A stretch of DNA of 63,392 nucleotides, filler included, from Octopus bimaculoides (lineage: Eukaryota), in NCBI RefSeq assembly GCF_001194135.2. It is 3 parts of 3 records of this genome, joined end to end, with 100 filler letters (N's around TTAATTAATTAA, not from the genome) between each part and the next. Parts side by side here need not be neighbours in the genome. Positions count along the whole stretch, not along the records: positions 1 to 27,764 come from NC_068985.1; positions 27,865 to 49,938 come from NC_069005.1; 1 more part is not named here. One strand, 5' to 3'. The notes below the pieces were generated by a model. The model was given only the letters and a program-made list of their open reading frames with translations, was not told the origin of the DNA and ran no database searches. Of the stretch, positions 24,724-39,037 are shown one piece after another. A program made the position numbers and the translations under genes. Numbering within the stretch: position 1 is the stretch's first letter; each line of letters starts with the position of its first letter.

Positions 24724-24830
<107 letters not shown>

Positions 24831-25029
24831 TGTGTTTGTGTGTGGGGGGGTGTACACATAACCAGTTCTGTATATATTTCTATAATTTTTGTAAATTTGA
24901 TCTTGTAATGTCCCATCATCCATCGCCCTGGTGGCAAATAAAAGAAATAATTTTTATTATCGTTTGGAATATCTGCTTATTTCTTATGGGAAATTTACAT
25001 TCCACTGGTTAGAAAGTCTATCAACTCAC

Positions 25030-26581
25030 AACACCCTCTATACAGAGGGATTCAGTACATCATAGCATGCATGGAACTGTGACCTCTGCAGAGATTCCTA
25101 CTACTGTTTATCAGGAATGACTTCACACAGTCATCTCTTTGATGGAGATAAAGTCCTAAGATTCATCACTTGATATCAGGAATATTGTCAGGTGCATACA
25201 GTTCTATACCAAGTGGGCAATGTGGCCAGTAGAAGACTAATCATAGCATTCTATGGAGGATTGATGGCAAGCAAGAGTGATCACATTCTCAAGGAAATGA
25301 CGATCAGGGAACAGTTTTTTTCTGGGCCTATGAAGACCTTCTGCAAGCTAAACTGATGTATAAAATCTGTCCATGAATAGTGAATAGTTCTGGGCCTGAT
25401 ACCCCTCCATCATTCGCACTACGAGAGTCCCTGTGACACCCAAATTATCAACTGCTCAGGCATCTGGTCTCCTTTCAGAATACACTTCAACATTCACAAT
25501 GTAAACATTTGCACTGTCTGTTAGTAAGAATGTCTTCAAGCCCCAATGGATGGGTTTGTCTTTATGGATAAGGTTTTTGGCCAGAATTGTGCCTTCATCT
25601 GAAAATCTCTCATATTCAGGCACAAAATGTTTTTGAAACCTTGGCAAGATATAACCAATAACTGGCTGTGACTTATGGATTTTGTCTTTCTTATTTACAT
25701 TAGGATCATCCTCATCAACACAGTGTAACATTGACCATATAGCTAAAAACCTGTTCCTTACCATGACCTGCCCAAATCCTAGAGTTGATGTCAAAAAGCT
25801 GCCTTTTGTACGCTAGTACTGTTCATACCTATCCTTATGAACTAACATCTCTGTGGCAGCTCTACAACCAAAGAAGGCCTTCATCTCTTTTACTGTCATG
25901 TCATACCAATTTTTTGCAGCATAATTATTGGGCTTAGCAGCGTTGACATATGTGGCGTTCTTATTACTTTCTCTAACCAAAATGCCCCAAAGCGCATCAT
26001 CCCCGAACAGGGTGAGGAAAGCTAGGGGACCATTTTCTCTATTTATATGAGGTGGAATATCCTTTGGGTCTGTGGGATGGTTAGGACTAAACTGTCTTGT
26101 GGTAAAACCAGCAATATCTCGTCTCCAGGGAGCAGGAATATTCATGTTTACTACTGCCATCAAGCCTCTGCCATATGGCCACCCCCTCCTATTAGCCTGG
26201 GGCATTTGAGTATGCACTGTAGCATTGTCTACATTATGTACAAATTCACCTTGATCACTATCAGAATTGCTGGGCAATTCTTCAAAATCACTTTCGTTAC
26301 CGTAATCAGACTCATCTAAATCCTCCTCATCATCACCAAGAATCTGAGCTAGTGCTTCTTCAGCACTGACACAGCTTGAAGACATTCTGGGAAAAATTCA
26401 AGCATGAAATAAGGAATCCGAAGACCCAAAATAACACACTCACTGATTGGTTGCTAAGTGGCTCAAGTGGCTATTTGTATAGTGCAAAATGAAGACACTG
26501 GCATTTCGAGAATATATGGCCTTGGGTTCTAAGGGTTAAGATACATCGGGAATATATGGCAGTTTGGGTTCTAAGGGTTAA
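25030..26581 (-). mobile_element. piggyBac (PGBD-type) transposon, disrupted transposase, one end missing
   Basis: ORFs 25813-26385 (acidic N-terminus, EMKAFFG) and 25456-25794 (RNRFLAIWSMLH, SDEGTI, KPIHWGLK). TTAA-CCCT terminus at 26578-26581. No matching terminus seen at the other side. Confidence 0.9.
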
Positions 26582-27682
26582 AGTGAAATCACTTAAGGTG
26601 AATTTTCCTATAGCAAAAATATTTATGGTGAAATTTACTTTATTTTTAAATTTATGATTTATTGATAAAAACTGATCTCATTATAATTAAAAGGTGAATC
26701 AGTATGTGAGCATTCAGATAAAAATTAAATGGTGACCAGTAGCAGTCTAATCAAGCAGAAAAGGATATGCTGCAATTATTAAATTATGATGATATTAGTA
26801 ATTAGTAAATTAAAGACAAAAAAAAAATCATCTCACAGTTCAAACACTGTTAAGTTTAGTAAATATAAGCATAAACAGTATAAAATGGTTGGCATTAGGA
26901 ATTGCATCCAGCAATAGGAACCATACCAGAGTAGACATTAGAGCATGATGCAGTCTTTCGACTTTTGAGATCCTATTAACCTGGTGGTGGTGGTGTGGTG
27001 GTGGTGGTGTGGTGGTGGTGGTGTGGTGGTGGTGGTGTNNNNNNNNNNNNNNNNNNNNNNNNNNNNNNNGGTGGTGGTGGTGGTGGTGGTGGTGGTGGTG
27101 GAAGTAGTAAAATAACTATGAATAAAAAATGAAATTTTAAAATCTATGCAAAAAAAGATCATGTATTTGTAGAACAGTAACAGATTGAGGATAAAGAGAA
27201 TTCAAGATAAAAATCAGAAAGGACAAATAGTCAATCTTACAATCAACTTATTAGAAATTGCATGCAAAGCTGGACCCAACTATTACTCAGATTTTTAGCT
27301 AATATCAACACATATCTTATTAGACCTGGAATAATGGAATTCAAAATCAACCTCAGCAGAACTTAAGCTCAACTTAAAGCAGGGAGGGATGTGATTAAAT
27401 AACACAGAGCATTTTGTCTGGTACTGTTGCCCTAACAGCAGAAGTTTTCACCCTCAGAGCTCATGTATTGAACTTCAGCTCAGTTATGTAATAAAAGAAA
27501 GGATTCCTCAGCTTCTGAGTCATTGTCTGGCAATGATGCCAATGAAGATGAGGCAATTTCATTTGCTTCTTCTCTGTCTATGACCGAAGCTACAACTAGT
27601 GGTACTCTAAAAATCCAAATATTTACCTATAGTGCTGCTGTTGTTTGTGCACCTTTCTCATATTCCCCTCGCTGTCTCTTAT

Positions 27683-27764
27683 ACACAATCTCTCTCTAAC
27701 GCAATCTCCCTCTAACACAATCTCTCTCTAACACAATCTCTCTCTAACACAATCTCTCTCTAAC
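27683..27764. repeat. 16-nt minisatellite (ACACAATCTCTCTCTA)x5 running into a gap
   Basis: Directly visible tandem units. Confidence 0.9.
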
Positions 27765-27808
27765 NNNNNNNNNNNNNNNNNNNNNNNNNNNNNNNNNNNN
27801 NNNNNNNN

Positions 27809-27820
27809 TTAATTAATTAA
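27809..27820. other. Artificial gap linker TTAATTAATTAA (also at 49983-49994)
   Basis: Identical 12-mer centred between two N-runs at two places. It has stops in all six frames. Confidence 0.9.
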
Positions 27821-28019
27821 NNNNNNNNNNNNNNNNNNNNNNNNNNNNNNNNNNNNNNNNNNNNTGTGTCGATAAGCCAGCTGGAGGAGATGTCCTCCTG
27901 GGGCTAAAAGCAACAGTAACATCCACCCCTAGGGGCCAGCCACACTTAAGTGGCAATATACTACACTTTATCGTGCAGTAAGAGGTGCTGGAATTGCACA
28001 TATATTCATCGTCAGGGAA

Positions 28020-30110
28020 CCAACATACAGAAGCAAGACAAATGCGAAATGATAAGGTTACGTACGAGTTATAATATTATATGGCTAAGTAAGTGACCGT
28101 TAGAAACAAGAACGCTGGTTTACATAGAGTTATTACGGGAGATAGGCTGTGAACGCTATACTAAAAGTTTTAATTAAAAGATTAAAATAGGGGAAGGCAA
28201 AATGGATCACAGTAAAATTCAGTAAACAAAAGCTCGGGAAAAGTTGTAAGCTAAGCAAGAGGTGGAGGAAGGGAGAGAATCCAAAGAATTCATTGTATAT
28301 AATAATTTCTCCTTAAGAAAAAAATATACTGATTTGAAGCGAAGAATGTAAATATAATAAATAAAACATCATAGCCTTGTAATATATTAATATACGGATA
28401 TTAACGCAAATTAATGGTAATACAAGGTACAAGATATTTTGTTGTGAAATAATAATAATAATATTAATAATGATAATAATAATATACATGTTTACAAGAA
28501 GAAGATCGGGTATATTTAATTGAAATTACTAATGGTACAAACACAACTAATGTAGCATTACTGGGAAGAATTTACTTAACCAACCATAGAAGAAGAAAAT
28601 AAAAGACAGGTGGCGATGGAGGCAGAAATGAATATTATTTAAGATTATATTGAAAGATATTATTCAGAGGACATTTGGTAAAAAAATAAAAATGATAATA
28701 ATAATATCTAAAAACTAAAACTAGTAAGAAGGATGAAATTAATGATAATAAATAAAGGTGTGTCTCTGCCGGTGCTTACATCGATACGCTCTCTGTGTTA
28801 TCTGGTTAACTAGACGATTGTTGGAGAACAGAATATGGAAAATCTCCAAGTTACAAAGGGAACAAAAATCCTTACCTTTGTCGTAGGGAATTGAAGTAGC
28901 CAGTATAGACCATTCCAAAGAGAATTGTTTATTGCAATCTTTCAGTTTCCAAATAAATTTACTTAGGCCGGTGCTGTTAGCTTTATTCCTATCCCTAAAA
29001 GAAGAATAATGGTTTGATATTCTCTTGGAGACCTGCGTCGATGAGCTACCTACGTAAAACGAGACGTCTGCGTGTGTAAGACATTACCTTACATTGATAA
29101 ACCACATTCTTAGTCTTGGCAATCACACTTAAAATCTTAATTCTATTAGGATTTGATTCCGAGATGCTAATCTTATTGTTGTTACAGAGATTGTTATATT
29201 TACTAATGTTGTATATACTACCTATATTTTTACCTAAATGACTATTGCCATCATATGAGTGTGTTAAATTGCTGGAGTAATTATTATTATTATTGATATA
29301 AACATTACTATTATTATCATCATACCTGGGATGGCTGTCTAGAGATGAATCTAAAAGTCTGAAATTATGGGAAGATTTAATCTGTAACACATTTTTAGTA
29401 TAAGAAAACCCAAATATAACCTTATGTGAGTTGATTATTGGGTAATAGTAGGAACCCCTAGGAAAGTTCCTATTCACCGCGTCTCGGAACTGCCGGACCA
29501 AATTTGATTTAACTTGCTTCCCAAACGGGAGAATGAGCCAGATATTATGATCAGATTACAGTGTTAGTGTGGTTCAATAAATAAAGATTTTTGTTTTTAT
29601 TAAGGTGTTTAGAGCTAGTTTGGCCTCCTCTCTTATGTGAATGATAAGCATGTTCCCCTTTCTCAGTAAAGTGAGAAGAATGGGAAGAAATAGAAATGGG
29701 TTTTTTCCCCGCTAGTAGAAGGGGTATCATGCTGTGCAAAAGGCGAAAGATCACTAAAAGAGTCGATGTATCTTACCTTGGTTTTATAATCTGCCTTCAA
29801 TAAGGCTGAATTATAAAAGTCTACCTGCTTATTGAAAATTTGAGAGTTAGAGGAAAGTTTAGAAAGCCTAATTGAGATACTCTTAACCAAATTACTAGTT
29901 ATATGTCTTGGATGGTTACTAAAAGGGCTTATGTACTTGAGATTAGTTGATGGTTTATGGAAACGAAAGTGTGTAAGTCTAAAGTAAGTCTAAAGTGTGT
30001 AAGTCTATGCAAGTCTAAAGTAACGTCTAGAAAGTTTGCTACAGAGACCTCATCCTCAAAAACGATGCCAAAGCCCATTCTTCTGAAGAATCTAGCTAAC
30101 TTATTTTTAA
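28020..30110 (-). mobile_element. Penelope-like retroelement: RT C-terminal half, GIY-YIG endonuclease and AT-rich 3' region
   Basis: Broken frames read NFLDVTLDL (RT), VKSISIRLSKLSSNSQIF, NVVYQCKV...FYVGSSSTQVSKRISNHYSSF...LSKFIWKLKD...CSLCNLE...RCKHR (GIY-YIG with Cys/His motif, ending near 28750). Confidence 0.88.
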
Positions 30111-30414
30111 CCTTGTATGTATGTATGTATGCATGTATGTATGTATGTATGTATGTATGTATGTACATACCGCGTATAAGAGTTCAGCTTTGACCGAACA
30201 ACCTGCACAAATGATTCTTTTTATAGTAATTAAATGTATGTCTGTACATTTAGCTCCCTCCCTCCCTCCCTCAAATCGACATCATCTTAACAGATTCAGT
30301 GTGTACTACACGTGAAGTGTGGAAATGGCAGAACAACGTGTTTTGCACCACACGGTCTAGGGATTGAACCACGATCTAGCGATCGTAAGTGCAACAAGTT
30401 AACCCCTAGGTCAT

Positions 30415-30651
30415 GCAGCCTCACACACACACACACACACACACAGAGGAATCGAGGTTGAGAAATGACTTGAGAAAGAAAATTCATGCACCAATATTTA
30501 CACGTGTATGTGTGCGTGTGTGTCTATGTGTCTGTGAGCGTATGTCAGTGCTCTTCTATCCATTTTTTGTGTTGTTCATTAGAATTCAGACATGCTGGGC
30601 ATTATATGAGAGTATATGCGTGCATACACTCACAAATATATGTATACATAC

Positions 30652-30694
<43 letters not shown>

Positions 30695-31437
30695 TTTATT
30701 TGTATGTCTGTATGCGTGTGTGCATGTGTGTGTATGTGTATGCATGTCTGTCGGGCTGTCTCTATGCGCGCACACACACATATACATACATGTATATACA
30801 TACGTACAGATATACTTATATACAAATATACATATATATCTATATGTCTGTGTGTATATATATGTGTATATATATGTGTATGTGTGTGTGTGTGTGTATG
30901 TGTGTCTGTGTGTGTGTGTGTGTGTGTAATACACACACACATACCTTTTGTTTCGTGTTTTAGTCAGAAATTGTACCAATTGGCTTCCGTAATTGAAAAA
31001 AATTGATTTCCGAAGTGGCTTGAATAAGACTTTTGTTCCTTTGACGGGGGTGGGGGAGGGAGGGAGAGTAAGATCTTCTCTTCCTGCTCATATTGTTGTT
31101 GTTGTTGGAGGTATGTTTGTTGTTTTTGTTTTTCTTCTTGTTGTTCTTGTCTTGTGTCTTGCCGTTCTTCTAGTAGTTGTCATTGTTGTTGTTATTGCTA
31201 CTGTTGTTATTGTTGACGACGACAATGATGATGATGATGATTATGATGATGATGATGATGATGATGAGATGGTGCTTGCGCTGGCGGTGGTGTTGATATC
31301 GTTAATGTTTCTGCTGCAGCTTTTGTTGTTCTTTTTGTTGTTTATGATGATGATGATGACGACGACGGCGATGCTGGATCTGCTGTCACAGCTGCTGCTG
31401 TTGCTGCTGTTGCTGCTGTTGCTGCTGTTGCTGCTGT

Positions 31438-31474
<37 letters not shown>

Positions 31475-32440
31475 CTTGCCTAATAGTTGTATACTTTTGT
31501 GATAATAATGAGTTGTTGTGTTTGTTGTTACCATTCCCATCGCTGTTGTTGTTTTAGTCCGAAGTCAGCCCTGGTTCAATAACAAACCTATGATCAAATA
31601 TTTTCCAACCATGACCATCCTGTCTATTTCAATACAGTGTATATCTAAAATAACACAGCATCATCAAACGCGTCTTACTTTGTCGTTGTTATTGTTGTTC
31701 TTGTTGCTGTCTTTGTTGTTATTTATCCCCAATTCATATCTGAACGAGGCAAATTTATGATGAAAGGCATTCCATCCACGACTGTCACCACTTTTACTCA
31801 AAAAGGATATCTAGTCCTGACTATATTTCCCCTCTTTAGGACATTAGGAATGCATTTTGAAGAAGACGAGAATTGGCTACTATTTCTAGCAGATTGAGAA
31901 ACCACGTAGTGATGCCTCGCACTGACACGTCATACCATTCTGTTAGTTGTTGCCTTGAAAATGGTTATTTGTTAATGAAATTTGTTACAACTATGTTTCA
32001 GAAGATGTTAATTGGGATTATCTTGGAATTTATTGTGAAAATCATTTTGGGAGGCGGTTGGGATATAAAGCAGTCTCGGATAATTTACAGGCGTCTATTT
32101 AGTTTCCTCAAAACTTTCAGAAAAATACTCCATTGACATAAGTAAATTGAAATCACTTTTCTTCTTCAGCATTCAATTTCTTCAAAATCACCCAATAAAT
32201 ATAAATATTTTCTTTTTCGCTGATCTTCCGCTTTATGTTAACATCCACTGGGCAGCTGATTTCCACAAATGTCCACAGTTTCTCTTCTCATCCCAAATTA
32301 CTATGCCAGGTCTATTATGCTTACATTTTATTGAGTGGGACATTCCACCAGTACTCCTTTTTATTATATGTATGTATGCACTACTTTTAAAATACGTATG
32401 TATGTATGTATGTATGTATGTATATGCGCATGCATGCATG

Positions 32441-32476
<36 letters not shown>

Positions 32477-32813
32477 TGTATGTATGTCCACAACTACATT
32501 TCCTGATGTCCTCTGCTGTGATGATCGACCACGTAGTCTTCTTCTGTCATTACAAAGTGCAACAACGTAAACATGTTTATGGCACCTTAGCAGAGGTGAC
32601 GTCACTTTCAAGACATTCTAGAAGTTTCTACAAATAAACAAACCTCTTCTTTTGTATTTGTTTTTAACTCAGGTTTAAGTACTGGGACGACGACAGATTG
32701 TTAAGTTTCCTGCCAAGAATTATATGCGTGCATCTGTGAATGTGCGCCAGTGTGTTTGCGCGTATGTATGTGTGTGTGTATGAGAGCCTGTGTGTGTATG
32801 TATTTATAATTGC

Positions 32814-32868
<55 letters not shown>

Positions 32869-32871
32869 TAC

Positions 32872-32917
<46 letters not shown>

Positions 32918-32959
32918 CACACACACACACACACATATATATGTACTTACATACATAGA

Positions 32960-33001
<42 letters not shown>

Positions 33002-33530
33002 TGCAAAAAGATACATACATGCATAATGCATATATACATATTCATACATACATAAATGTACATATACACACTGAAAAAGGAGTGTTCTGTATTAGTAGAC
33101 TGTATTAGCCAAATATCTTTGTTTTTCAATTGTAGTTCCAGAATCTTTGAAATATCCAATTTGTATATATGCTTATGCATACATACATAAATACATATAT
33201 ACATATGTGTGTGTCTGCATGTGTATGTGTTTGTGTATGTGTGTATATGCATATATATATATATACGTATACATATGTATACATACACACACACACACAT
33301 ATATTTATATATATACATGTATATATATACATACATATACATATGTGTATGTCTATGTATGCATATATATATATATATATATATATTATACACGTAAATA
33401 CATATATTTGTACATGTGCGTGTTTTTGTGTTTGTGTGCATGTATACATGTGCATACGTACGAGTGTATGAATGTATATATGCATATGTGTAAATATGCG
33501 TGTGCCATACATATGTGTGTACTTGTGTAT
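30415..33530. repeat. Compound low-complexity region: (CA)/(TA)/(TG)/(TATG)/(GAT)/(CTGTTG)
   Basis: Directly visible. Accounts for the many YI/HT/CV-repeat pseudo-ORFs. Confidence 0.9.
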
Positions 33531-33897
33531 ACGCATCTGTTTGTGTTATATGCGACGACTATATCCTTTAAGGAGTTTTATATGTATTGACTATTTAAAC
33601 AAGGTAGACAGAAAGACAGATTATCTAAGAGACCAATGCAGAGATTATATAAAGATATATATTCATAGAAAGCTAAAACAAAATAAATTGCGATATACAG
33701 GAAAAAAGAAAGAAAAGGAGACGTGTAGCCTTATTATAATGATACTAACGTAAGTATATTTGCTCATACAACCGAAACTTGAAGCAACGTTCACCCTCCT
33801 AAACACTACAGTCATATTAGAGTAAGGAGATATGACTAAAAACGACTAAGTTCAACTGACTGACATACACGCACGCACACAGAAGTACTTTCGCACG

Positions 33898-33945
<48 letters not shown>

Positions 33946-34681
33946 CTCATACACTCGTACAAGTCTTTTTAGTTTGGCAACAAATTGAACCAAAGTAAAC
34001 AAAAAAAGCACCAGAATATCATCAGCTCACATGTTTATTATTGAGACCTAACAACAGTAAAATTAGTTTAAAAATCAAATAATAAGGTGAAAAAAGACTG
34101 AAAAAAGATTGATATGGTGAAAAATATTTGAACGATGTATATATTAACAAACAACAACTTCTTTGGGAAAAAGAAGTGAAATATAGACAAGCAACAACCG
34201 GTAAGTGTAATTATGGCTTCAGTTATTTATGACACTTTCGAAATCTAACAATCTTGCTCTCACTACACGGATTTCAGATCAGAATTCTGGCAAGACAAAT
34301 TCAAGATCTGAAATTATAATAGAACATTAAAAATTCTAATTTTAATGTATTTTAAAAACTGGCCTGTCGACACTGTGTATACATTAAGTATGACGCATAG
34401 ATGGCTATTTTAATTTAGTACTGCTGCAATTGCACATACCGGACTTTTATTCAGCCAGGCGGCTATTTGCAACACCACTAGATGTTTTATTCACTTTTCT
34501 ATATACACATTATATATATGAATGGAAGAAAACCGCTTCGGGATGGTGTGGTATGACTCCAAGTAGAGGAAATGCCCGCATACAAAAATTGACAGAGATC
34601 AGAAAATGGAAAGAGCAAGAGACTCATCCATGTATGTTGAGGGAAGGTAGGTATGTATACATACATATATAAATACACAGA

Positions 34682-35853
34682 TATCAGCGTGCGAGAGGTA
34701 TTTGGGGACATGTTTGGTAATTTAATAAAACTACTTTTATCTAATAAAAACCGAATGTATTTTCATAGAAATTCGTTCGCACACATGTTCTCGATAAGAT
34801 TTTTCGATAGGATTTCTCGATAAGAATATTCTTTGTGTACGCCGTCACTTTCGATTACTACTTCAATGAATGTGGGACCAGAATGGTTGACATGTCTGCA
34901 CTGAATTGTCCTTGTTCATTTCGGACATTCCTTGGAACGACGGCAGCCTTCAGTGAGGATGTTGATTAGTCTCCCTTTCAGCAACACTCCAAACATAAAC
35001 GTACTAGTCCTTGGGATTAAAGAGCTGGAGAGTTTTAAGGCCAGAAGATTGGCGTTTCATCATCGTATAAAGATTATCTGACATCCACTGTTGGGTTACG
35101 TGGGCTTTGTGGGAAGGTGTTGAGTCTTGTTGAAACGTGTATGGCTTTCTACCACGTGTTTTATCTCTTTGAAACAACTGTCTCCAGTACCTCAACCAAT
35201 CCACCAGTATTAAATCTATGACCTTGTGCAAGGATGTGAGGGGCCTAGCTAGACCATCGTTACTCATCCCTCCTCAAACAATTTGAATCATCTATCGTTT
35301 CTCTTGATAGGCTTTTGTTGTCGGTTAAAGTTTTTCTTATAAGAAAAGAACCAAAGCACGTTCTGTTCGTGAGGTTTTTTAAAACCTTGTTAAGTAACCA
35401 CTTGGCACGGAGCAAACTGTTTACCTGTTTCTTTACGAACATGAATTGGTCTCTTCTCAAATCATGTGACTTGCGTAAAATGTCCTCGTGCACCGCAGTT
35501 CTGATAGTTTACTCCGACACCTGAAGTTCTCTGGTGATTGCCCTCATTGATTCTCCGGGATCATCAGCGATAAAGTTTTGAACCCACTTGAAAGAATTAT
35601 GGTGTTCATATAATGTCCGAACGTTTAAAATGTTTTTTTCCTCTTTGATACATTTAGCACATTCCCGCCAGAGGCTTCCAATTTCCTGCGAATTTTTTGT
35701 ATAAAACAACTCACAACATTTACAAAGTTGACAATTTTTAAATCCCTGTGTTCCGCACATATGGCAACAATGACTTCATGTTTTTGTTTTTTTATCTCTT
35801 GAGTTAGCCATTTTATCTACGTGGGTGTCCTTAAATATCCCTCACACCCTGTA
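34682..35853 (-). mobile_element. Tc1/mariner maT-like element, decayed
   Basis: Imperfect TIRs ta-tcagcgtgcgagaggtatttggggaca and tgtccttaaatatccctcacaccctg-ta. Residual FQQDSTPSHKA motif. Homologous to 46149-47346. Confidence 0.8.
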
Positions 35854-35879
35854 CATACATACGTAAGTATCGTATGTAT

Positions 35880-35910
<31 letters not shown>

Positions 35911-35959
35911 ATCACACCATCATTAGCAGCTGCAGCAACAACAGCAGAAGCAGCAAGAT

Positions 35960-37600
35960 ATCTAAGGTTTGGCTTGCCCAGGCTCTCTACTTCCCTCTGT
36001 GTTGTGCTGCATGCATATAATCAGTTAGGCTCTCGTTTCCATTCCATTCTTTGATGTCGTCAATTCACAAACGTCTTTGACAGCCTCTTGCACCGTTCCT
36101 CTGCACACTTTCTGTTAGAATTACCTTGGACCGTGACTCGATGCCCATTGCATATCAAAATATGTTAACTTTGTGGACTTGGTTCTCAACAATAGGTACC
36201 TTCGGGCCTACAGTTTTTCCAGCACGGCAGCATTTCTTATCCTCTTAACCCAGCTTCTTCTGCCCAATCAACGAGAGATGCACATCTCAAAGGTTTATCC
36301 CTTTCATCATTGCTCTGTACATTGTCCAAGTTTCTGTCCTGCGGAAGACAACTGGTAAAATATAACAGTTTATTAGACTCACTTTCAGATACAGTTTTAG
36401 TATTTCTTGAGGTGAAGACTTTTTATTTTATTTTATTTTATTTCATTTTCTATTTTTTTTTTCTTTTTCATTTTCATTAAAAAGTTGTTTTAGACTTATT
36501 TATTCTTTGAACAACTTCTTCACTAAGAAATTTCTGATGTATTTGTTCAATTTGGAAATTTTGAACTTGTTCGAGTTTCTGTCCATCTACCTTTATATTT
36601 ACCATCTTTTGTTCTGTCTTATTCATAACCGTTGTCTTTAACTTTTTTAACATTCATATTTGAGCCTTTATTGTCACTTTACTCTTTTACATCAACGATT
36701 TCTTGTAATTTCTCATCGCTGTTCGATGATAATGCTGTATCACCAGCGTATGTTATACTGTTTATGTTCATGCCATTGACTGTGAGCCCTGTGATATTAT
36801 TTGAGTCTGAATATATGCACAAAATATATATTAAATAGGTATGGTGATAACACACATCCTTGTATTACGCCTCTTCTGATCTCTGCTGTTTCTAACAATT
36901 CCTGGTCTATTTTCATGACTGCTTTTAGTTCCACTATAACAGAGACATGATTCTGATATCATTTTCTTTTAAGCCAACTACTTTCCAAAAGAAACGCTCT
37001 CAGTAGTGTACGCAGTTGAATGCCTTGGTGGAATTCATGAAGCAAGCAAATAAATCTTGTATTTTGATTTGTTTTTGTGCTAGAATGTTGAAGCAGAATA
37101 TGTCAACTCTTGTACCTCCGTTAACCCTAAATCCAAATTACTTCTCACCGACTCGCGCAATTATTTTGCTTTTTATTCTTTCTTGTACCATCATAAGACA
37201 TATTTGAAGAGCATGGCACATGAGACTGGTAGTCGTGAAGCCATTTGTCTCAGTTTAATTCATCAGGGTGATAAATACCGATACTTTGGAATTTTCAAGA
37301 TGTCAGTGAAAACGTTTGTGAGTTTCTTAATCTCCTGATGTTTTACTGCTTTTAACATTTCACATATTAGTGTATCTGATCCTGGAGCTTTAGTTTTTCT
37401 CATTTTCTTGATGACATCTTCCACCTCAGACTTTAAACTCTTTCGTCCATTAAAGTTGGATGGTGAGGGTTTCTCGGGCCTCCTATATACTCTCTCATCT
37501 TTTCATGATCTTCTCTTTTCCAGTAAAAAGATTTTAACACATTTCCCTTTCGACACGTTTATTTCTCTATCTGTCACTTATTTTATATGTATATATATTT
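35960..37600 (-). mobile_element. RTE-clade LINE, RT and 3' end, decayed
   Basis: Across frameshifts: GLTVNGMNINSITYAGDTAL (YADD-equivalent), KLEQVQNF and NGARGCQRR..IDDIKEW, as at RTE C-termini. Confidence 0.75.
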
Positions 37601-37712
37601 TGTTTTTGCTCGCGTAGAAATTTTCGAGTTAAAAACAGCACAACACATACACACACACACATGAATGTATGTGTATTCTGTAAGTAAGTAAGTAATAATA
37701 ATAATGATGATG

Positions 37713-37778
<66 letters not shown>

Positions 37779-38124
37779 TTAAAGTCTATAAGCGATCACC
37801 GTGTATTGGTTAAAGAAAATAGTCCAATATTGGGGCATATAAGCACTAGACGGAAAAATGTTTTTGTTTTTTTTTTGTATTATTTATAGAACTGTCGCTC
37901 GTCATCGCTTTCCCATATAACGCATATATATATATATATATTAACCACTAAGTCTCCATTTTCTTCTCTTAATTTAGTACGGAATATATAATATATATAT
38001 GCATACATACATACATTTATATACCAAGCGAGTGAGAGAAAGAAAGAGACAAGACGAAGGGGAAATAGAGAGGAAAAAGCATGAGACAGACAGACAGACA
38101 GACAGACAGGCAGACAGAGAGAAA

Positions 38125-38190
<66 letters not shown>

Positions 38191-38975
38191 ANNNNNNNNN
38201 NNNNNNNNNNNNNNNNNNNNNNNNNNNNNNNNNNNNNNNNNNNNNNNNNNNNNNNNNNNNNNNNNNNNNNNNNNNNNNNNNNNNNNNNNNNNNNNNNNNN
38301 NNNNNNNNNNNNNNNNNNNNNNNNNNNNNNNNNNNNNNNNNNNNNNNNNNNNNNNNNNNNNNNNNNNNNNNNNNNNNNNNNNNNNNNNNNNNNNNNNNNN
38401 NNNNNNNNNNNNNNNNNNNNNNNNNNNNNNNNNNNNNNNNNNNNNNNNNNNNNNNNNNNNNNNNNNNNNNNNNNNNNNNNNNNNNNNNNNNNNNNNNNNN
38501 NNNNNNNNNNNNNNNNNNNNNNNNNNNNNNNNNNNNNNNNNNNNNNNNNNNNNNNNNNNNNNNNNNNNNNNNNNNNNNNNNNNNNNNNNNNNNNNNNNNN
38601 NNNNNNNNNNNNNNNNNNNNNNNNNNNNNNNNNNNNNNNNNNNNNNNNNNNNNNNNNNNNNNNNNNNNNNNNNNNNNNNNNNNNNNNNNNNNNNNNNNNN
38701 NNNNNNNNNNNNNNNNNNNNNNNNNNNNNNNNNNNNNNNNNNNNNNNNNNNNNNNNNNNNNNNNNNNNNNNNNNNNNNNNNNNNNNNNNNNNNNNNNNNN
38801 NNNNNNNNNNNNNNNNNNNNNNNNNNNNNNNNNNNNNNNNNNNNNNNNNNNNNNNNNNNNNNNNNNNNNNNNNNNNNNNNNNNNNNNNNNNNNNNNNNNN
38901 NNNNNNNNNNNNNNNNNNNNNNNNNNNNNNNNNNNNNNNNNNNNNNNNNNNNNNNNNNNNNNNNNNNNNNNNNNN

Positions 38976-39037
<62 letters not shown>

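Noticed and set aside
27490-27670. Short Ser/Ala-rich open frame on the + strand
   Set aside because: No start codon, no splice context and no recognisable motif.
27865-27975. Possible HDV-like ribozyme in the shared structured repeat
   Set aside because: P1, P2, P3 and P1.1 could not be assigned consistently in both copies or on either strand.
27990-28016. Second hammerhead candidate (CTGACGA with a GAAT/ATTC stem, minus strand)
   Set aside because: Lacks GAAA and a cleavage triplet; cannot be called a ribozyme.
30413-33590. Many overlapping ORFs of 100-200 aa
   Set aside because: Dinucleotide and trinucleotide repeat translations (HT, CV, YI, poly-L).
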